Assembly: GCA_965541615.1 (NCBI GenBank)
Contig: CBEUCJ010000005.1
Location: 110,251 to 174,250, forward strand
DNA from: an uncultured bacterium
Lineage (GTDB): Bacteria > Omnitrophota > Gorgyraeia > Duberdicusellales > CBEUCJ01
Direction of reading: 5' to 3'
Length of the DNA stretch: 64,000 nt
How positions within the stretch are numbered: position 1 is the stretch's first letter; each line of letters begins with the position of its first letter. Below are positions 32,701 to 47,700 of this stretch, in pieces. Under the pieces are notes generated by a model that ran no database searches, was not told where the DNA came from, and saw only the letters and a list, made by a program, of their open reading frames with translations. A program made the position numbers and the translations under genes.

Positions 32701-35700
32701 AACAGAAAGTCTTTCAATTAAAGAATTAATCTTTTCAGAAGGATAGTTCTTAATTTCAAAGAACTTTTCCTTTATATCTAACTTAAGAGACCAACCTTCT
32801 TTTTTTAGTTGATAATGTAAATCTCTAAATCTCTCTTCAAATTCTTTCCTTTTCTCTTCAAAAAATTCTTTTTCTTTTTTCTTTTTTTCTTTTTGAAGCT
32901 TTTTTATTTTTCGGAAGAAACTTTTTGAAGATTTTCTTCTTCTCTTACATAGTTTTTGAAATACTTCTTGAAATCTCTCGTAAAATTCCTGTAAGATTTT
33001 TTTATACTCCTCATAAACCTTCTCAAACTCTTTATGGACTTCTTCAAAATCTTTACTAAATCTCTTATAAATTTCTTCAATTTCTTTTACAGGATAAAAT
33101 TTCTCTATTTCTTTTAAAATAAAGATTAAGATTATTTTCTCTTCATTTTCTTTTATCTTTTTTATTTTTTCCTCTGCATCTTTAACAAAATTCTCAAATA
33201 CCTCTACTCTTTTCTCTCCTTGAAGAGCCTTTTTAAATTTGAGAAGCTCTTCTCTTTCATTAAATAGGTACTTTATTATTTGAAAAATCTTTCTAACATT
33301 AACAGTTTGAGGTTTTTTCTTATACTTTACATCAACAACTACACGATTTCCTTTATCATCCAGTATAGGGTAACCTTCTCTATCTTCAATAAACTTTACA
33401 AAACGTTTCTTTCCATTTATTACTTTAGCCTCAACTTTAGCTTCAGGAAACTGACTAATGCTAAGCCAGTAATCTCCTACTTCTAAAATTCCCTTTTTAT
33501 CTGTTCTAATATTGGAAATAATATAGCTCTTTAACTCAGTGCCATCTGGAAGGATTAGTTTACCACAACTCAATTTTTCAAAAACACCAATTAACTCTCC
33601 TTTCTCAAAAGATTCAGGAGAGGCGTTTTCAGGTACTTTATAAATTAAAGATAATTCTTTGGTAATTGAAGGTTTTCCTTCTTCATCTTTTACTGTAACA
33701 GATAATATAAATGCTTTTTTTCCTGTAGGATTCAAAATTTTAATAATATCAGCTCTCTTATGACTGTAAAGTTTGCCAAAATTTACCCAATACTTACCAC
33801 CGAGATAAAGTAAACCACATTTATTTAAACGATAATTATGGATTTCATAATCTTCATTTAGCAGATTGAATTCATCTTCAGATAGCTTTTCCCAGAAAGA
33901 AGTTGTGTACTTTCTAATAGATTTTTTCCAAACAAGGGCAAATTCTACATCTAAATCTGTTTCTAAAGAAAATACTCTAAAAATGATCCCTTCTTTAACT
34001 ATTAATCCTACTTTCTCATTTTCGTGTGCAGCACCAAAATGTGCCCAAAATCGTGGTTTCTTAGGCAAACTACCATCGACTAAAGGTCTTCCTCCTCCTA
34101 TCCATAACATGCCTTCTTTTTTTAAGTAGGTATAAATAGTAACATCTTTATACTTAACAAATTTTCTAAAAGGAATTTTCCCAATATAAACATCAATAAT
34201 TTCTCCTGTTTTATTGTCTCTAACCTGCAAAAATTCTTTTAAGAAACTATCCTTTAAGAAAAATATTCTCATAGGTATACCGTCTTTCATCTCCAATTCA
34301 TACTCCAAGTTAGCATAAGCTTCTGACTTTATGTGGGATTTACCTAATCTTAACTCTCCACTTTTAGGAAGCTTTCCTTTAATGATTACATGCCCTAATT
34401 TTTTTATATACTCTTGCTTTTCTCTGTGAGGTATCTCATCCTTATTTATTACTTTTATTTTCTCTTTACCACCAAAAGACCTCTCAATCAATTTCTCCCA
34501 GATATACCTTCTCAATTCTTTTTTATTTAGATCTATTCCTCCTTCTTTTGGATGAAAAATTGCTTTCTGCAAAAGGATTATTCCTTTTTCCCCTTTATTG
34601 AGAAGTTCTTCTACTTTTTCTTTTGTTATCTCTTTTATAAGTGAACTAGAGGAAGTTAGCTCTTTAATTGTCTCTTCTACTCTATTGGTAATCTTAAATA
34701 AATTTAAATCATCTTCTCTTATATATCTTTTCTTTAAAAGCGCCTTTCTTATCCATTCATGCCATCTTTGCCAGTAGTCTTCACCGAACAATATTATCTT
34801 GCGCTTCCTTGTTTTCTTAGTTTGGATTAAAACGAGAATTTCAAATAAAATATCTAAAGTCCTAAAATCAGCAGGAAAGAATACAAAACTATCACTGTGT
34901 TTTGTTAAAGCTATTTTCTGTAGGAAAATATAGTTCAGTTTAAGAATTAAATTTGTAAATACTGAGAAGTTGTATCTTTTTGTGACTACTCCTACAGATT
35001 TTGCATTAATTAAATTTTCAGTTTGAGCTTTCTTTATTCCTCTGCCTAAAGCTTGATAGATTCCACTTTTAGATAAATGCAATATATTAAAATTTTTCTT
35101 AGCTAAATAAAAACTTAACTCTTCTGCACAGTTCCCATTTCCAATAGCATAAAAGACTTTATTTATCTTCTCTATTTCTTCTTTCATCATTTCTAATTTT
35201 TTCCTAATGAACAAAGAGGAAGAGGATTTCTCTGCAGAAGAAATATAAATTATAGAAAATTCTTTTGATTCTTCACTGAAAAGAGAAGGTAATAAAGGTC
35301 TCTCTGTTTTATAGATAATTTTAAAACCTGCTTTTCTGACTATTGCTGAAAGTTCTTTTAATCTGTAAAAACCTTCTGCTAAATTTTTGGTATTTTGAGA
35401 AGAGGTAAATTTAGGATTAATAATAATCAATTTACCTTTAGTTTTAAGAACCCGTTTAACTTCAAAAAGTGATTTGAAAGCATCCATATGGGGGAGAGAA
35501 TAAGGAAATATTACTACATCAAAAAAATTAGATTTAAAAGGAAGATGATGGACATCGGCTACTATTGTTTTTAAATCTTGGTTTTTGACAGCCTTTGCCA
35601 TTTCAAGTACAATATTCACACAAATAATTTGGTTATTTCTTGCAAGTTCTTTTTCTAACTCTCCTCTTCCGCTACCCACAGAAAGAATTTTTTTATTTTT

Positions 35701-38700
35701 TATTTCCCGAGATAAAAAGAAAATTAGCTCAGGCATTGAAATAACAGTGTAAAACTTCAAAAATTTAAGAGGGATTTTCTTCCAACCTTCTTTACCTATT
35801 TGTTTGTAAGCTTCATAAGCAAAAGGTGGGAAATTTTTCTTCAAGATAGAAGAAGCTCTTCCATTCTTAGAAAATTCACTGATTAACTTGCGTAATTTAT
35901 CTAATACTTTCTTTATCTCCTTTTCTTTAGGTTGAACTCCATAAGGAAAGGAGTTTAAAATCCAGGATAAAATTATTTCCTGCTCCTTTTTAGAAAGACA
36001 TCTAAACGCTTGAGTCAAAATTTCGTTTTCAAAGATGCCCTTCTTTAACTCTTCTAATCTTATCTTGTTTATTACCTCTTCTTCAACAGAGATTCTCTGG
36101 CCAGAAAGAATCTTCTTCAAAGTCAGAAGATTTCTACTATTATGGTTAATGTGACTTTCTCTTAGAGGAGCTTCTAAAAAAATATTTCTGTACAAAATTC
36201 TATTATTCTGCTTACGTAAATCTTTATAGAATCTCTTTAAATCTTCTTTAACATAATCTTGAAAGGGAAGTACTGTTTTACTATTCAACTTCAGCTCAGT
36301 ATATCTATCGACTATCTCATATAATCTTATCACTCCCTCACTTATTAAATCTTCATAATAGTCTGAAGAGGGATTAAAAATTTCAGCTACTACCCTCTTA
36401 ACCAGCCAAATATAACTCTCAACAAATAAACTCTTTGCCTTCTTATCACCCTCTTGAATTTTTCTCATTAATTCTACTTCTTCAGTGGAACTAAAAGTTT
36501 TTGGATTGTTATAATAGTTTTTTATAGTGAAAGGAACTGAAGGCTTCTTTCTTTCTTTCTCAATCCCCTGGCAAATTTCTAAATACTTTTTTGCTTTTAC
36601 AAGTAAATTTTCTCTCTCGGGGAAATCAGTCAAATTCTTTCTTAATATTCTTATTAAGTGTTTGAATTTACAGATTGCTTGCTTGTATTTCCTTTGAGAA
36701 AATAACTTTTTGCCCTTTTGATAAAGAGTTTGTATACACGACAATTGTTTTTTTAATTCTTTTTGTTGCTTTTTTAACTTTTGTTTCTCTAATCTTTTCT
36801 CTCGCTTTTCTAACTTTTCTTTTCTTCTTAATTCTTCAATATGACTCTTTGCCTTTTCAGAAAGCTCCTCTTCTTCTCTAATAGGAATCACTCTTCTTTT
36901 TCTTATACGAATTATCTCACTAAATAACTTCTTAGCTTTTCTATATCTACCTTCAGAAAGCAATTTTTCTGCTCGAGTATAGAGCTCCCTAGAAGTCTCT
37001 GATCTCAAACTCTGCAAAAGTTGAGATCTTTTTAATATCTGTCTTTTTATACTTTTTTTAACATCAACAACTAAAGGATTCCCTTCAACATCCAGTATGG
37101 GATTACCTTCTTTATCTTTAATAAACTTTACGAAACGCTTTTCTCCATCTACCACCTTAGCTTCAACTTCAGCTCCAGGAAAGTAACTAAATTTACCCCA
37201 ATAACCCCCTACATCTAAAATCCCATTAGTATCGACTTTGATATTGGAAATAACATATGTCTCTAATTTGGTGCCATCTGGAAGGATTAACTTATCACGC
37301 CTCAACTTCTCAAAAACCTCAACCAAATCTTCTTTAGCAAAAGATTCAGCAGGAGCATCTTGAGATACTGTATAAATTAAAGAAAGTTCTTTAGTAATTA
37401 AAGGTTCTCCTTTTTCATTTTTTACTGTAGCAGCTAAGATGAATGCTTTTCCCCCTGTAGGATTCAAAATTTTAATAATATCGACCCTCTTATAACTGTA
37501 AGGTGCACCAAAATCTATCCAATCCTCTCTACCACCAAGATGAAGTGAGCCATCTTTACTTAAACGATAATTGTGGATTTCATAGTCTTCATTTAGCAGA
37601 TTAAATTCATTTTCAAATAGTTTCCCCCAGAAAGAAGTTGTATACTTTTTCTCAGATTTTTTCCAAACAAGGGCAAATTCTACATCTAAATCTGTTTCTA
37701 AGGAAAATACTCTAAAGACCACCCCTTCTTTAACTACCACTGCTACCTTTTCGTTTTCATGCTCAATACCAAATTTTGCCCAATATCGGGGTTTCTTAGG
37801 CAAACTACCATCGACTAAAGGTCTTCCTCCTCCTATCCACAAAATACCTTCCTTTCCCAAATAGGTATGAATAGTAACGTCTCTATACTTATCAAATTTT
37901 CTACGGATGATTCTCCCGATATGAACATCAATGACTTCTCCTGTCTCATTATCTCTAACCTGCAAAAATTCTTTTAAGAAACTATCCTTTAAGAAAAATA
38001 TTCTCATAGGTATACCGTCTTTCATCTCCAATTCATACTCCAAGTTAGCATAAGCTTCTGACTTTATGTGGGATTTACCTAATCTTAACTCTCCACTTTT
38101 AGGAAGCTTTCCTTTAATGATTACATGCCCTAATTTTTTTATATACTCTTGCTTTTCTCTGTGAGGTATCTCATCCTTATTTATTACTTTTATTTTCTCT
38201 TTACCACCAAAAGACCTCTCAATCAATTTCTCCCAGATATACCTTCTCAATTCTTTTTTATTTAGATCTATTCCTCCTTCTTTTGGATGAAAAATTGCTT
38301 TCTGCAAAAGGATTATTCCTTTTTCCCCTTTATTGAGAAGTTCTTCTACTTTTTCTTTTGTTATCTCTTTTATAAGTGAACTAGAGGAAGTTAGCTCTTT
38401 AATTGTCTCTTCTACTCTATTGGTAATCTTAAATAAATTTAAATCATCTTCTCTTATATATCTTTTCTTTAAAAGCGCCTTTCTTATCCATTCATGCCAT
38501 CTTTGCCAGTAGTCTTCACCGAACAATATTATCTTGCGCTTCCTTGTTTTCTTAGTTTGGATTAAAACGAGAATTTCAAATAAAATATCTAAAGTCCTAA
38601 AATCAGCAGGAAAGAATACAAAACTATCACTGTGTTTTGTTAAAGCTATTTTCTGTAGGAAAATATAGTTCAGTTTAAGAATTAAATTTGTAAATACTGA

Positions 38701-41700
38701 GAAGTTGTATCTTTTTGTGACTACTCCTACAGATTTTGCATTAATTAAATTTTCAGTTTGAGCTTTCTTTATTCCTCTGCCTAAAGCTTGATAGATTCCA
38801 CTTTTAGATAAATGCAATATATTAAAATTTTTCTTAGCTAAATAAAAACTTAACTCTTCTGCACAATCATAATAGAAGCTATTTTTCTTAATATTTTGTG
38901 AACCAATGATTGCAACTGCAGGTTTTAAATTTAAAGAATAGATATTGGCTACATCTGATAATACTTTGTTCATATCTATTTTTTTAGACCTTCTTTTACA
39001 ATTTTTATCGAATAATTCCTTTATTTCAGAAAGAGAATCTTTTACAACAAAGCTTTTTAAATCTTCTTTATCTAAAAAACCTTCTTTGGCACTTTCTTCT
39101 AAAATTTTCTCTAAACCACCATAGAAATCTGTATCTAATAAAACTACAGGTACATCTTTTTCAATAACACCTTCTTTTTTAAGAGCTAATATTTCAAAAA
39201 TTTCATCTAAAGTTCCAAAACCACCTGGTAAACTTACAAACCCACACGATGATAAAACAAAAGCTAATTTTCTGCTGTAAAAATAATGAAAGAGTAAATT
39301 TAAACTCGCATAATTTTCTGTAGACTCAAAAGGAAGTCTCATTTTTAAACCTACAGTCTTTTTTGCCTCTTTTGAGACTGCTTCCATTAATCCTGGACCT
39401 CCACCAGTTACTATAAAATAATCACCACTTAGCAATCTACCTAAGTCTTTGGCTAAGTTATAGTAATAAGTGCCTTCTCTTTCCCTGGCTGAGCCAAAAA
39501 CACCAATACCTTTTTCGATCGATGATAAGACTTTATTGACTTTTTCTATCTCTTCTTTTACTTTTTTAAATCTTTGAAGTATTGAACTTGAAGATTTTGA
39601 ATCATCAATAATTGAAACTTTCTTAATAAGAATAAAAAATATCTCTTGGTCAATAAATTTCTCTATCTCTAAAGAAAACCTAAAAAGCAAATCTTTTATC
39701 TCTTCTTTTTCAGGTAATTTATCTAACGGAAAAGGAAGGAATTTCTTTAGTTTTTTATCTATAAATTCTTTTCCTTCAGGATGAGATATAATTATCTTTC
39801 CATCTTCTTTTAATACTCTAAAGGCTTTTTCTATAATCTTTTCTTTCTCTTTCAAATTAGACCAGACTGCATTAAAGAAAATATAATCTATAGAATTTTC
39901 TTCTAACTCATCTAATAAAGGAGAAACATCTTTATGATAAATCTCTAATTCGAAAATCTCATTAAATTGAGAATTTAATTTTTGATAATTTTCCTTTAGT
40001 TTCTCTATCATCTCTTTTGATAGCTCACAAGCAATTACTTTAGAAGGTCTGTATTTTGCAAAATAAGAAAATAACACTCCTGTACCTGCTCCTACATCTA
40101 AGATTACACTTTCAGGTTTAATTTGAGCTTCTTTTACTATCCTTTCTAATCTTTGCTTTAAATATGAGGGGAATCTATCTAAGCTTAAAATATCTGAAGT
40201 GTAATCAAAAAATCTTGCCTGAAGGTTGTAATACTCTTTGGTATTCTCTTTTAGTGAAGGAGGAGTTTCAACTAATTTAAGGAAAATAAGCAAATCTTTG
40301 ATTTGGGATTGAAATTTTTGAGGTAAGAACGATAACTCTATCTCATTTAAAGTCTTTCTTTTTGGAGGAGCATTGATTTTAATAACTGAAAGAAGTTTTT
40401 CTAAAATGGGCTTAGGTAAAACTTCTTTTAAATTTTCTTCTATTATTTTCAAAGCTAATCTGTACTGATTTTGAACATCTTCATAATGCCCCAGATTCTT
40501 AAACAACTGAGAATAGAAAGAAAGAATAATCTTCTTTATCTTAGAATCTATCTTTGAAGACTCAATTGGAGAAGAAGATCTTTCTAAAAATTCTTTTATT
40601 ACTTTACATTGCTTGAGTATCTCTTGTGGGGAAAATTCATTATTTATTATTACTCTTGCATATTCTTCTTCTCCAGGAAATAAATGGGTTTCAAGAAAAT
40701 AAAGAGCTCTTTTTTCTACTTGGGAAAGTTCTAAATAGTCAAAGTATCTCTCTGATTTTACCCAACGATATATGAAATTATGAATTAAATTCGCAGGTTC
40801 AGTTTTTACATACCACTTATCATCGAACTCATCTAAGAAACATCTGTATCTTAAAGCCTGTTCTCCTTCAATTATATAAATTTTATCTTTAGGAATTATG
40901 TACTCTAAGATGTCACCTGTTAAAGCGTCAATAAGTATTTTACTATCTTTTTCAATGCAAATATCTTTTAACTTAGTATTTTTTAAGTAATCTTCAACTT
41001 TTTTGGCTCTTTCAGGAGCTTTTATTTTTACTTCTTTAATTTTATTTTTCACCTCTTCTCCTACCAGTTCTATTAACCTTTTCTCTCTGATTTCAGAAGG
41101 AGCATCTAAAACCTCATAATCTAACTCCTCTTTAAAAAGTGCTCTTTTTCTTTCTTTTTCTATTTTTCTTAAATCTATTTTTAATCTATCTCTTATAATC
41201 TGTAAGTAAAAAGGAAGAACAAAAGGCTTTCCTTCAATTATATGATAGACACTAATCATAAATCTATCTATTTCAAAAGTATTATAAGGATAAGGTCTTT
41301 TGTCTGTTCTTCTGTCTTCAGGTAAAAGATATCTATCTACCTCAACAACACAAATCTTATCAGCTAAATACTTTAAATCTTTATCCATATATTCTTTTAA
41401 CTTCTTTATTAAATATCCTTTTCCAGAAGCAAATTCTCCTCCCAAAGCAATTATTAACCTTCCTTTTTTGAGTTCATACATTTTCTTTAATCTGTAAGCT
41501 AAAGTTTGAGGTGCTTCTTTTATGTTTAAATAGATGCGTTCTGCTAAATGACGTAAAGCAAACATTCTCCATTCTTTGTAAGATAAACTAAAGATACCAT
41601 TGATTATCGTAGCTGTATTCAAAATTATTGCTAAGTTATCTTCTTTTACAAAGAAAGAAAAGATACCTGCTAAAAGAGCAATTAAAGAACTCATAAATAC

Positions 41701-44700
41701 ACCTGCACCACCTATTGTTACTAATTGATGAAAACTACCTATTTTAGGATAGGTAATCCCTTTTTTTGAAATCTCTATCTTTAACCAATATCCTAACTTT
41801 AATCTGGCAACTAAACTGTGAGCAAATTCATGTAAAAAGATAGAGACCAAATATGTAAAGAACACTAAATTAATAATTTGAACAGGCTCAAATAATCTTC
41901 CAAATCGAATAAAGACCAAAACAAAAGAAATCACCAAAGCTGAGATTAATCTGTGCCAACTTAGAGCTATCTCAGAAGTATGTATTGAAGAAGAGGCTTT
42001 TTTCAGCTCTTTTGGAATATCTTGAAAATAAATTCTGGATATATTTTCTGTTATTCTCTTTACTTTGCTTACATTTTTTCTTTCCATTGCTTTCAGAATC
42101 TCTTTAAATTTTTCAGATAAGACAATTTCAAATTGCAAAGCGCAATATTTTTCTTTTCTAATTCTCCTGTAAATTTTAAAAGCTAAGTTTATGTAAAATA
42201 GAATTGAAAGAAAAGAGATAGCTATAGGAAGATTTTCTTTTTTAACTTCATAACCTATTATTGGAAAGTAATAGTGAGAAAATTTATCTTCAAAAAACTT
42301 GATTTTACCAAAATGTGAAAGGAAGGTTAAAATAATCTTTATCTCTTTTTGGAACTTTATTATTTCTTTTAAATATTTCTCCTTATCTATTTCTTTACTG
42401 AAAATTCCTTCATTGAAGAGCTCTATTCCTATCTCAAAATCTCCTTCAATAATTCCTAACTCCAACATAAAAATTAAGTTAGCAATAATTACATCTATAT
42501 GATGAGAAGTTATTATTAACTTTGGAGAGAGCTTTTCTATAGAGCTAAGTTCTTCTAACAAGAAAGATTTTGAAGAAGGATCTAAAATAATCTCTATGAA
42601 TTGATCAAAGAATATAGAATTTAAACCCCTGATATCATTGATAATCACATTAAATAATCTTTCTAAAAAGAAGGGGATCTCTTCAGAAAAGATCTCTTCA
42701 TTTACAAAATATCTGAATATAAACATATCCAAAAATAATTTTTCTCCTGAAAGAAAACTTTCTTGAAAACTCTTTGAAAAATCATTTAAAATAATTTTTC
42801 TTGTTATATAAGCTAATCTCAAAAGAGATTGAGGATCAAAACTAAATTTATTCTTTTCTAAATTCTTAAATATATCAAAGAGGATCTCAAATGGCGCTTT
42901 TTCAGAAAGTCTCAAAAGTTGTAGAGTTGCTCTTTCTCTTATTTTTCTATCCTGATTTTTTAACTTTTGAAGTAAATCATAGCAAGAAAGAGAGCTCAAT
43001 GAACTACTTGCATTTTTGGACTCTTTTCTTAAAGGAGGCAAAATTTCTTTTCTTATCAAAATATCCATAAATGCACTTAAAGCTAAAGCTGTATCTTTTG
43101 CTTGAGGAATTTCTAATAAAGTTTGAGGCCAATTCCAAAGGATAACAAAAAGATTTGAAGTAGAAAGACCACCTGTAATTGAAGCTAATTCTCTGATGCT
43201 ATTTAAAAGGGTAGCTCTTAAACTCATTATCATTTTTATAAGAGTTCCTATTAACTCAAATTCATCTTCTTTCACAAAGATCTCAACGATTTTATCTTCA
43301 ACTTTATATCTATATTTATTAAATCCTTCAAATTGCCATCTATACTCTAAGAGCTGTGGCAAAAAGAATAAAGGTCTATAACTTATCTGTGTCTCCATTG
43401 CTTTTAATGTAGAAAAAAGCTCAAAGATTTCTTTTGATAACTCTTGAAAAGCAGAAAGAAAATAGAAACTTCTGCCTATCTCTAACAATAATTCTTGAAG
43501 TTTTGAAATCTCCTCCAAACTAACATTCTGAACCCCTCTTAAATAATCTACCAATTTTATAAATTCGATTAATACTATCTCAGTTGAATCTAATAAATCA
43601 GACTGAACTTTTGGTACTTTACTTCTGATAAAATTAAATTTATTAAATACTCTTTGATAATAAGGTAAATCAAAGATAGAAGAACTGGTTTTAGAAATTT
43701 TTTCTTTTGCTTCTTTAGAAATTGTAATTTTATCTTCAATCTTTTCTTTTTTCTTTCCTTTCCTTAGAAACTCTTGGCTTTGAGATCTTTTTTGGAATCC
43801 TATTCTAAAAATAGATAAAATCTTTTGAATAGGCAAAATAGAAGAACTTGAAGAAGATAAAAGAGCTTTAAAGATTTTAAGGTAATCTAATAGATGTCTT
43901 ATACTTGAATAATTCAAAAATACATTATTTTGAGCTTCTTTTGCTCTTCTGTAAGCTTCTTTGGGATTTTTAAAGCATTCTAAAATCTTTCCTGCTGTCT
44001 CTTCAGGAGTATACTTTAATCTTCCTTCTATTTCTTTTCCTTTTACTCCATATCCATACTTATCCTCTCCTACTAAGTGTTTTGGTCCTCCTACATACCC
44101 TGCAATCACTAATTTTCTCTTACTCATACCTTCTACAATAGTTAAACCTAAACCTTCTTTTAAAGATTTCTGTAAGATGATTGTAGCCTCTCTCTGTAAA
44201 GCATTTATTATCAAAGGTGCATAATCTATGTTAATAATATAAATTTCTCCATTCCTCCAGATAGTTCCTTTAGGAATCAATTCTCTTTTCAAAGGTTTTG
44301 TCCTTCTAAGGTTTAAAGAATAGATTAATCCTTTTAGAATCTCTCCTGCTTCTGGATCGTCTTTAGCCATATTTCCTGCATAAACAAGCTGAATATTTAT
44401 ACCTTCATCCTCCAAAGCTTCTTTTGCCATCCTAAAAGCTTCTACTACTCCTTCAGGATCCTTCCAAGGATCAAATCTTGATATCTGTAGTATTAAAGGT
44501 TTATTTACATTTATTCCTAAACTCTCTAAAACATAGAAGATAAAACCTTCAGGTAAAGGTATATTTTTTGGAGATAACAGATTAATGCTTGCAGGAACAA
44601 GATATATAGGAATTTCATTTTCTAATTCTTTCAAAACAAATTCTTCAAAATGGAATATAGCTGCATCATATTCTTTAATAAAAGGTAACAGGTAATCTAC

Positions 44701-47700
44701 AATCTCTTGATTGGGAGAAGATAAGTCTATATGACATCTCCAAATTTTTTTTATATCTTTTTTAACTTTAGATAAAGCTAACAATACAGCTAAAAGAGGT
44801 TGAGGATCATGGCAAACTACAATATCAGCTTTTTCTAATTCATCTTTAATTCTATAAGCTATATATTTACTGTTTTCTTCATAAATCTTTTTCATCTCTT
44901 GTGTAAGCTTAATTTCTCTATTTCCTTGCAACATATTATGGAAAACTTTTGTAACCTCAAAGAATCTTTTATCTTTAGGTTTTATAACTACCCACTTTGT
45001 ATCTAAGCCTAAAGAATTTGATAAAGGTATCATCCATTCTAAAATCTCAGCTACTCCTCCGCCTACTCTTGTAGAATTTATATGCACTATTTTTACTCCT
45101 TTTAACTCCTTGCTGATTTTTCTTATTTCATTTATCTGGTTATTTATTCCTTCTATTACTCCTTTAGAGAGTCTTTCTTTTCTACACAGTTCTAATAAAA
45201 GTTCAACATATTTATTGAAACCTTCTTTTCTCCAGCTTAAATATTTCTTTTCCAATTCTAAAGTTTTATTTATAACTTTTCTGTAATCTGTGGGCTTTTT
45301 TGATTTTTTAAATATATAAAGTAAATTCTTTCTATCTACAATTAAAGGCTTTATTATTCCTAATTCTACAGCTAAATTTTCACATTCTCTTGCCTGTTTT
45401 TTCAACTCTATCAGAGTTTTCTGGATATCTTCTTTTGAAATACCTAATCTTTGTGCAATTCTGTCGATTAACTCTTTTATAAACCAATTCATTTCAATCT
45501 GTGATTCTCCTCCCAAAAATCCCACAGAAGGTATTCCTCTTCCTTTTTCTCTATATAAAGCCCAGCTGAATATGCTTAAAGGTAAAAACTTTCCTTTTTC
45601 TACTTCTAAGATTACATAATAGACATCTAAAAATTCAGATAAAATTTTATTTAATTCCTCAGATTCCTTTAATTTTTTAACGAATTCTTCAAATACTAAT
45701 GCCTTAAAGTATCTGTAAGATGATAACTCATCTTTAGAGAATCTACCTTTTAAAGAATTTTTGAGATAAAAACTAAATTCCTTCTCATTTAGAATTTCTC
45801 TTAAATAATCTGAGAATAATTCTATTTCTGAAAGGAGCACTCCTATGCGAGTAAGATAAAAAATGTAAGGATATTTTAGAGTAACTCCTTTGGGAAAAGG
45901 TGTAACCAAAATCTTTCCACACAGTAATTCTACAAAAGAAAGTTTTTTATCTTCTACTCTTGCCCATTTAATAAAATCTTTAGACTCTTCAACAATAAAA
46001 GCTATTTTTCTTACTTCGAACCACTCACTTTTAAAATTCTTAATCCAGTTTAAGAATTTATCTCGAACTTTTTCATTTATAAAATAATTCAAAATTAAAT
46101 TATCTACAGGTGAAAGTTCTTTAAAAATTTTCAATAAAGATTTATTTTCTTCTAAAAATCTCTTTATTATCTCCTCTTTTAAAAATAAACCTTCTTTAAT
46201 TTCTAAACATCCAGATAAGTTGTTTACTAATTCTTTTACACCTTTTTTAGAATAAATCTCTCCTTTTAATAACCCTTCTAATTTCTTTTCTACTTTACAA
46301 AATTCTTTTTCTAAAGCTCTTGCTTTCTTCTTACCTGAAAGAGCTAAATCTATTCCAAGAGACATTAAGAATCTTTCTCCTTTCTTCTTAACTTTTTCTA
46401 AAAGCTTTTCATATATATCAAAAACATCAACACCTTTTACTTTTTTAGGTATCCTTAAAGGAAATCCTTCTAAATACTCTAACATCACTTCTTCTTTAGA
46501 AGGAGGCAGATACATTAATTCTTTCTTCTTAAACTTCTTTTTAAACTTTTTGACTAATTTTGAAAACTCAATTATTTCTTTTTCTAATGATTCCTGAGCA
46601 TGCATTTTCTTTAAGTTTTCATCTTTTATCTCTTTGAGTTCCTTAAAGAAAGTAGCTAATCTTGCTCTATACAAAGCTACAAAGCAGTTTAGAATATCAC
46701 CTTTGGGAATATTTGAATAAAAGTAAGCTAAAATCAAACTAAATACAATTTTTGCCCAATCTGAAGGATCTAGTTTGAACTTTTCTATTTCTTTTTTGGT
46801 TAAATTCTCTAATTTTCTATAGAAGAAGGGAGGAAAGACTCTTTCATAGAGGTAAGTTTTATACCTTTTAAAATTGTCTATGAAAGACTTTATCTCTTCA
46901 GATACATTTAATTCAACAGGAGGTGCTCTTAAAAGAAGTGGTTCTCCGTAAAAAGGAGGTTTAACAGGTATAAACTCCTTTTTGGTATAGATATATTCAA
47001 AATTTCTCTCAATTTCATTAAAGAGTGTTTTTACAACTTCTCTTAATCTTAAAGGATATTTGTAAGGTGAATGTATTTGGAGTTTGGTCCCTAAATAAGT
47101 TTGGCAAATTTTTAAATTACTTACGATAGCTTTTATACACAAATAAATATCTATTCCATACCTACCAACATCTGTCTTAAAAAATAATTCTTCTTCATCT
47201 TCTAATAAAGCTTTGAAAGCATTTTTATTTATAGCATAAACTCCTCCTATAGGTTCTTCTATCTCATATCCAAAAAGAGTAAGTAAAATAGGTCTTACTA
47301 TGTGATCAGTAATTCTTTTTCCCTCAATAGGTCTATTAAATACAGGAAATACAAAATCATAACCTGCCATTATAGGTTCATATAATTTTCTTATCCACTC
47401 AGGCTGAATTCCCTGGTTTTCTTTTCTTAATAAATCTGCTTCTAAAATAATCAAATCAGAATTTAAATTTTGTGCTTTTTCTATCATCTCTCTAATCGCC
47501 CATCCTTTTCCTTCTTTTCTTCTTTCTAAAACAACAAATTCTCCATCTATCTTTTCTTCTTCAAAAATCTTTTTGATCTTTTCTTCCCATCTTTTACCAA
47601 TAAAAGAACTTATGATCAAAAATTTAGCTACTTTCTCAGGATAAATTTTTAAACCTTCTTTAGCTGTCTTTAAAACTCCTTTTAAAGTCTTCAACTCCTT

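Noticed and set aside
33300-38865. CRISPR array or mobile-element terminal repeats as the explanation for the long direct repeats
   Set aside because: The repeats are 0.9-1.8 kb, in-frame and protein-coding (LOG-like plus beta-rich module), spaced 3.7 kb apart. There are no short regularly spaced repeat/spacer units and no transposase or integrase.
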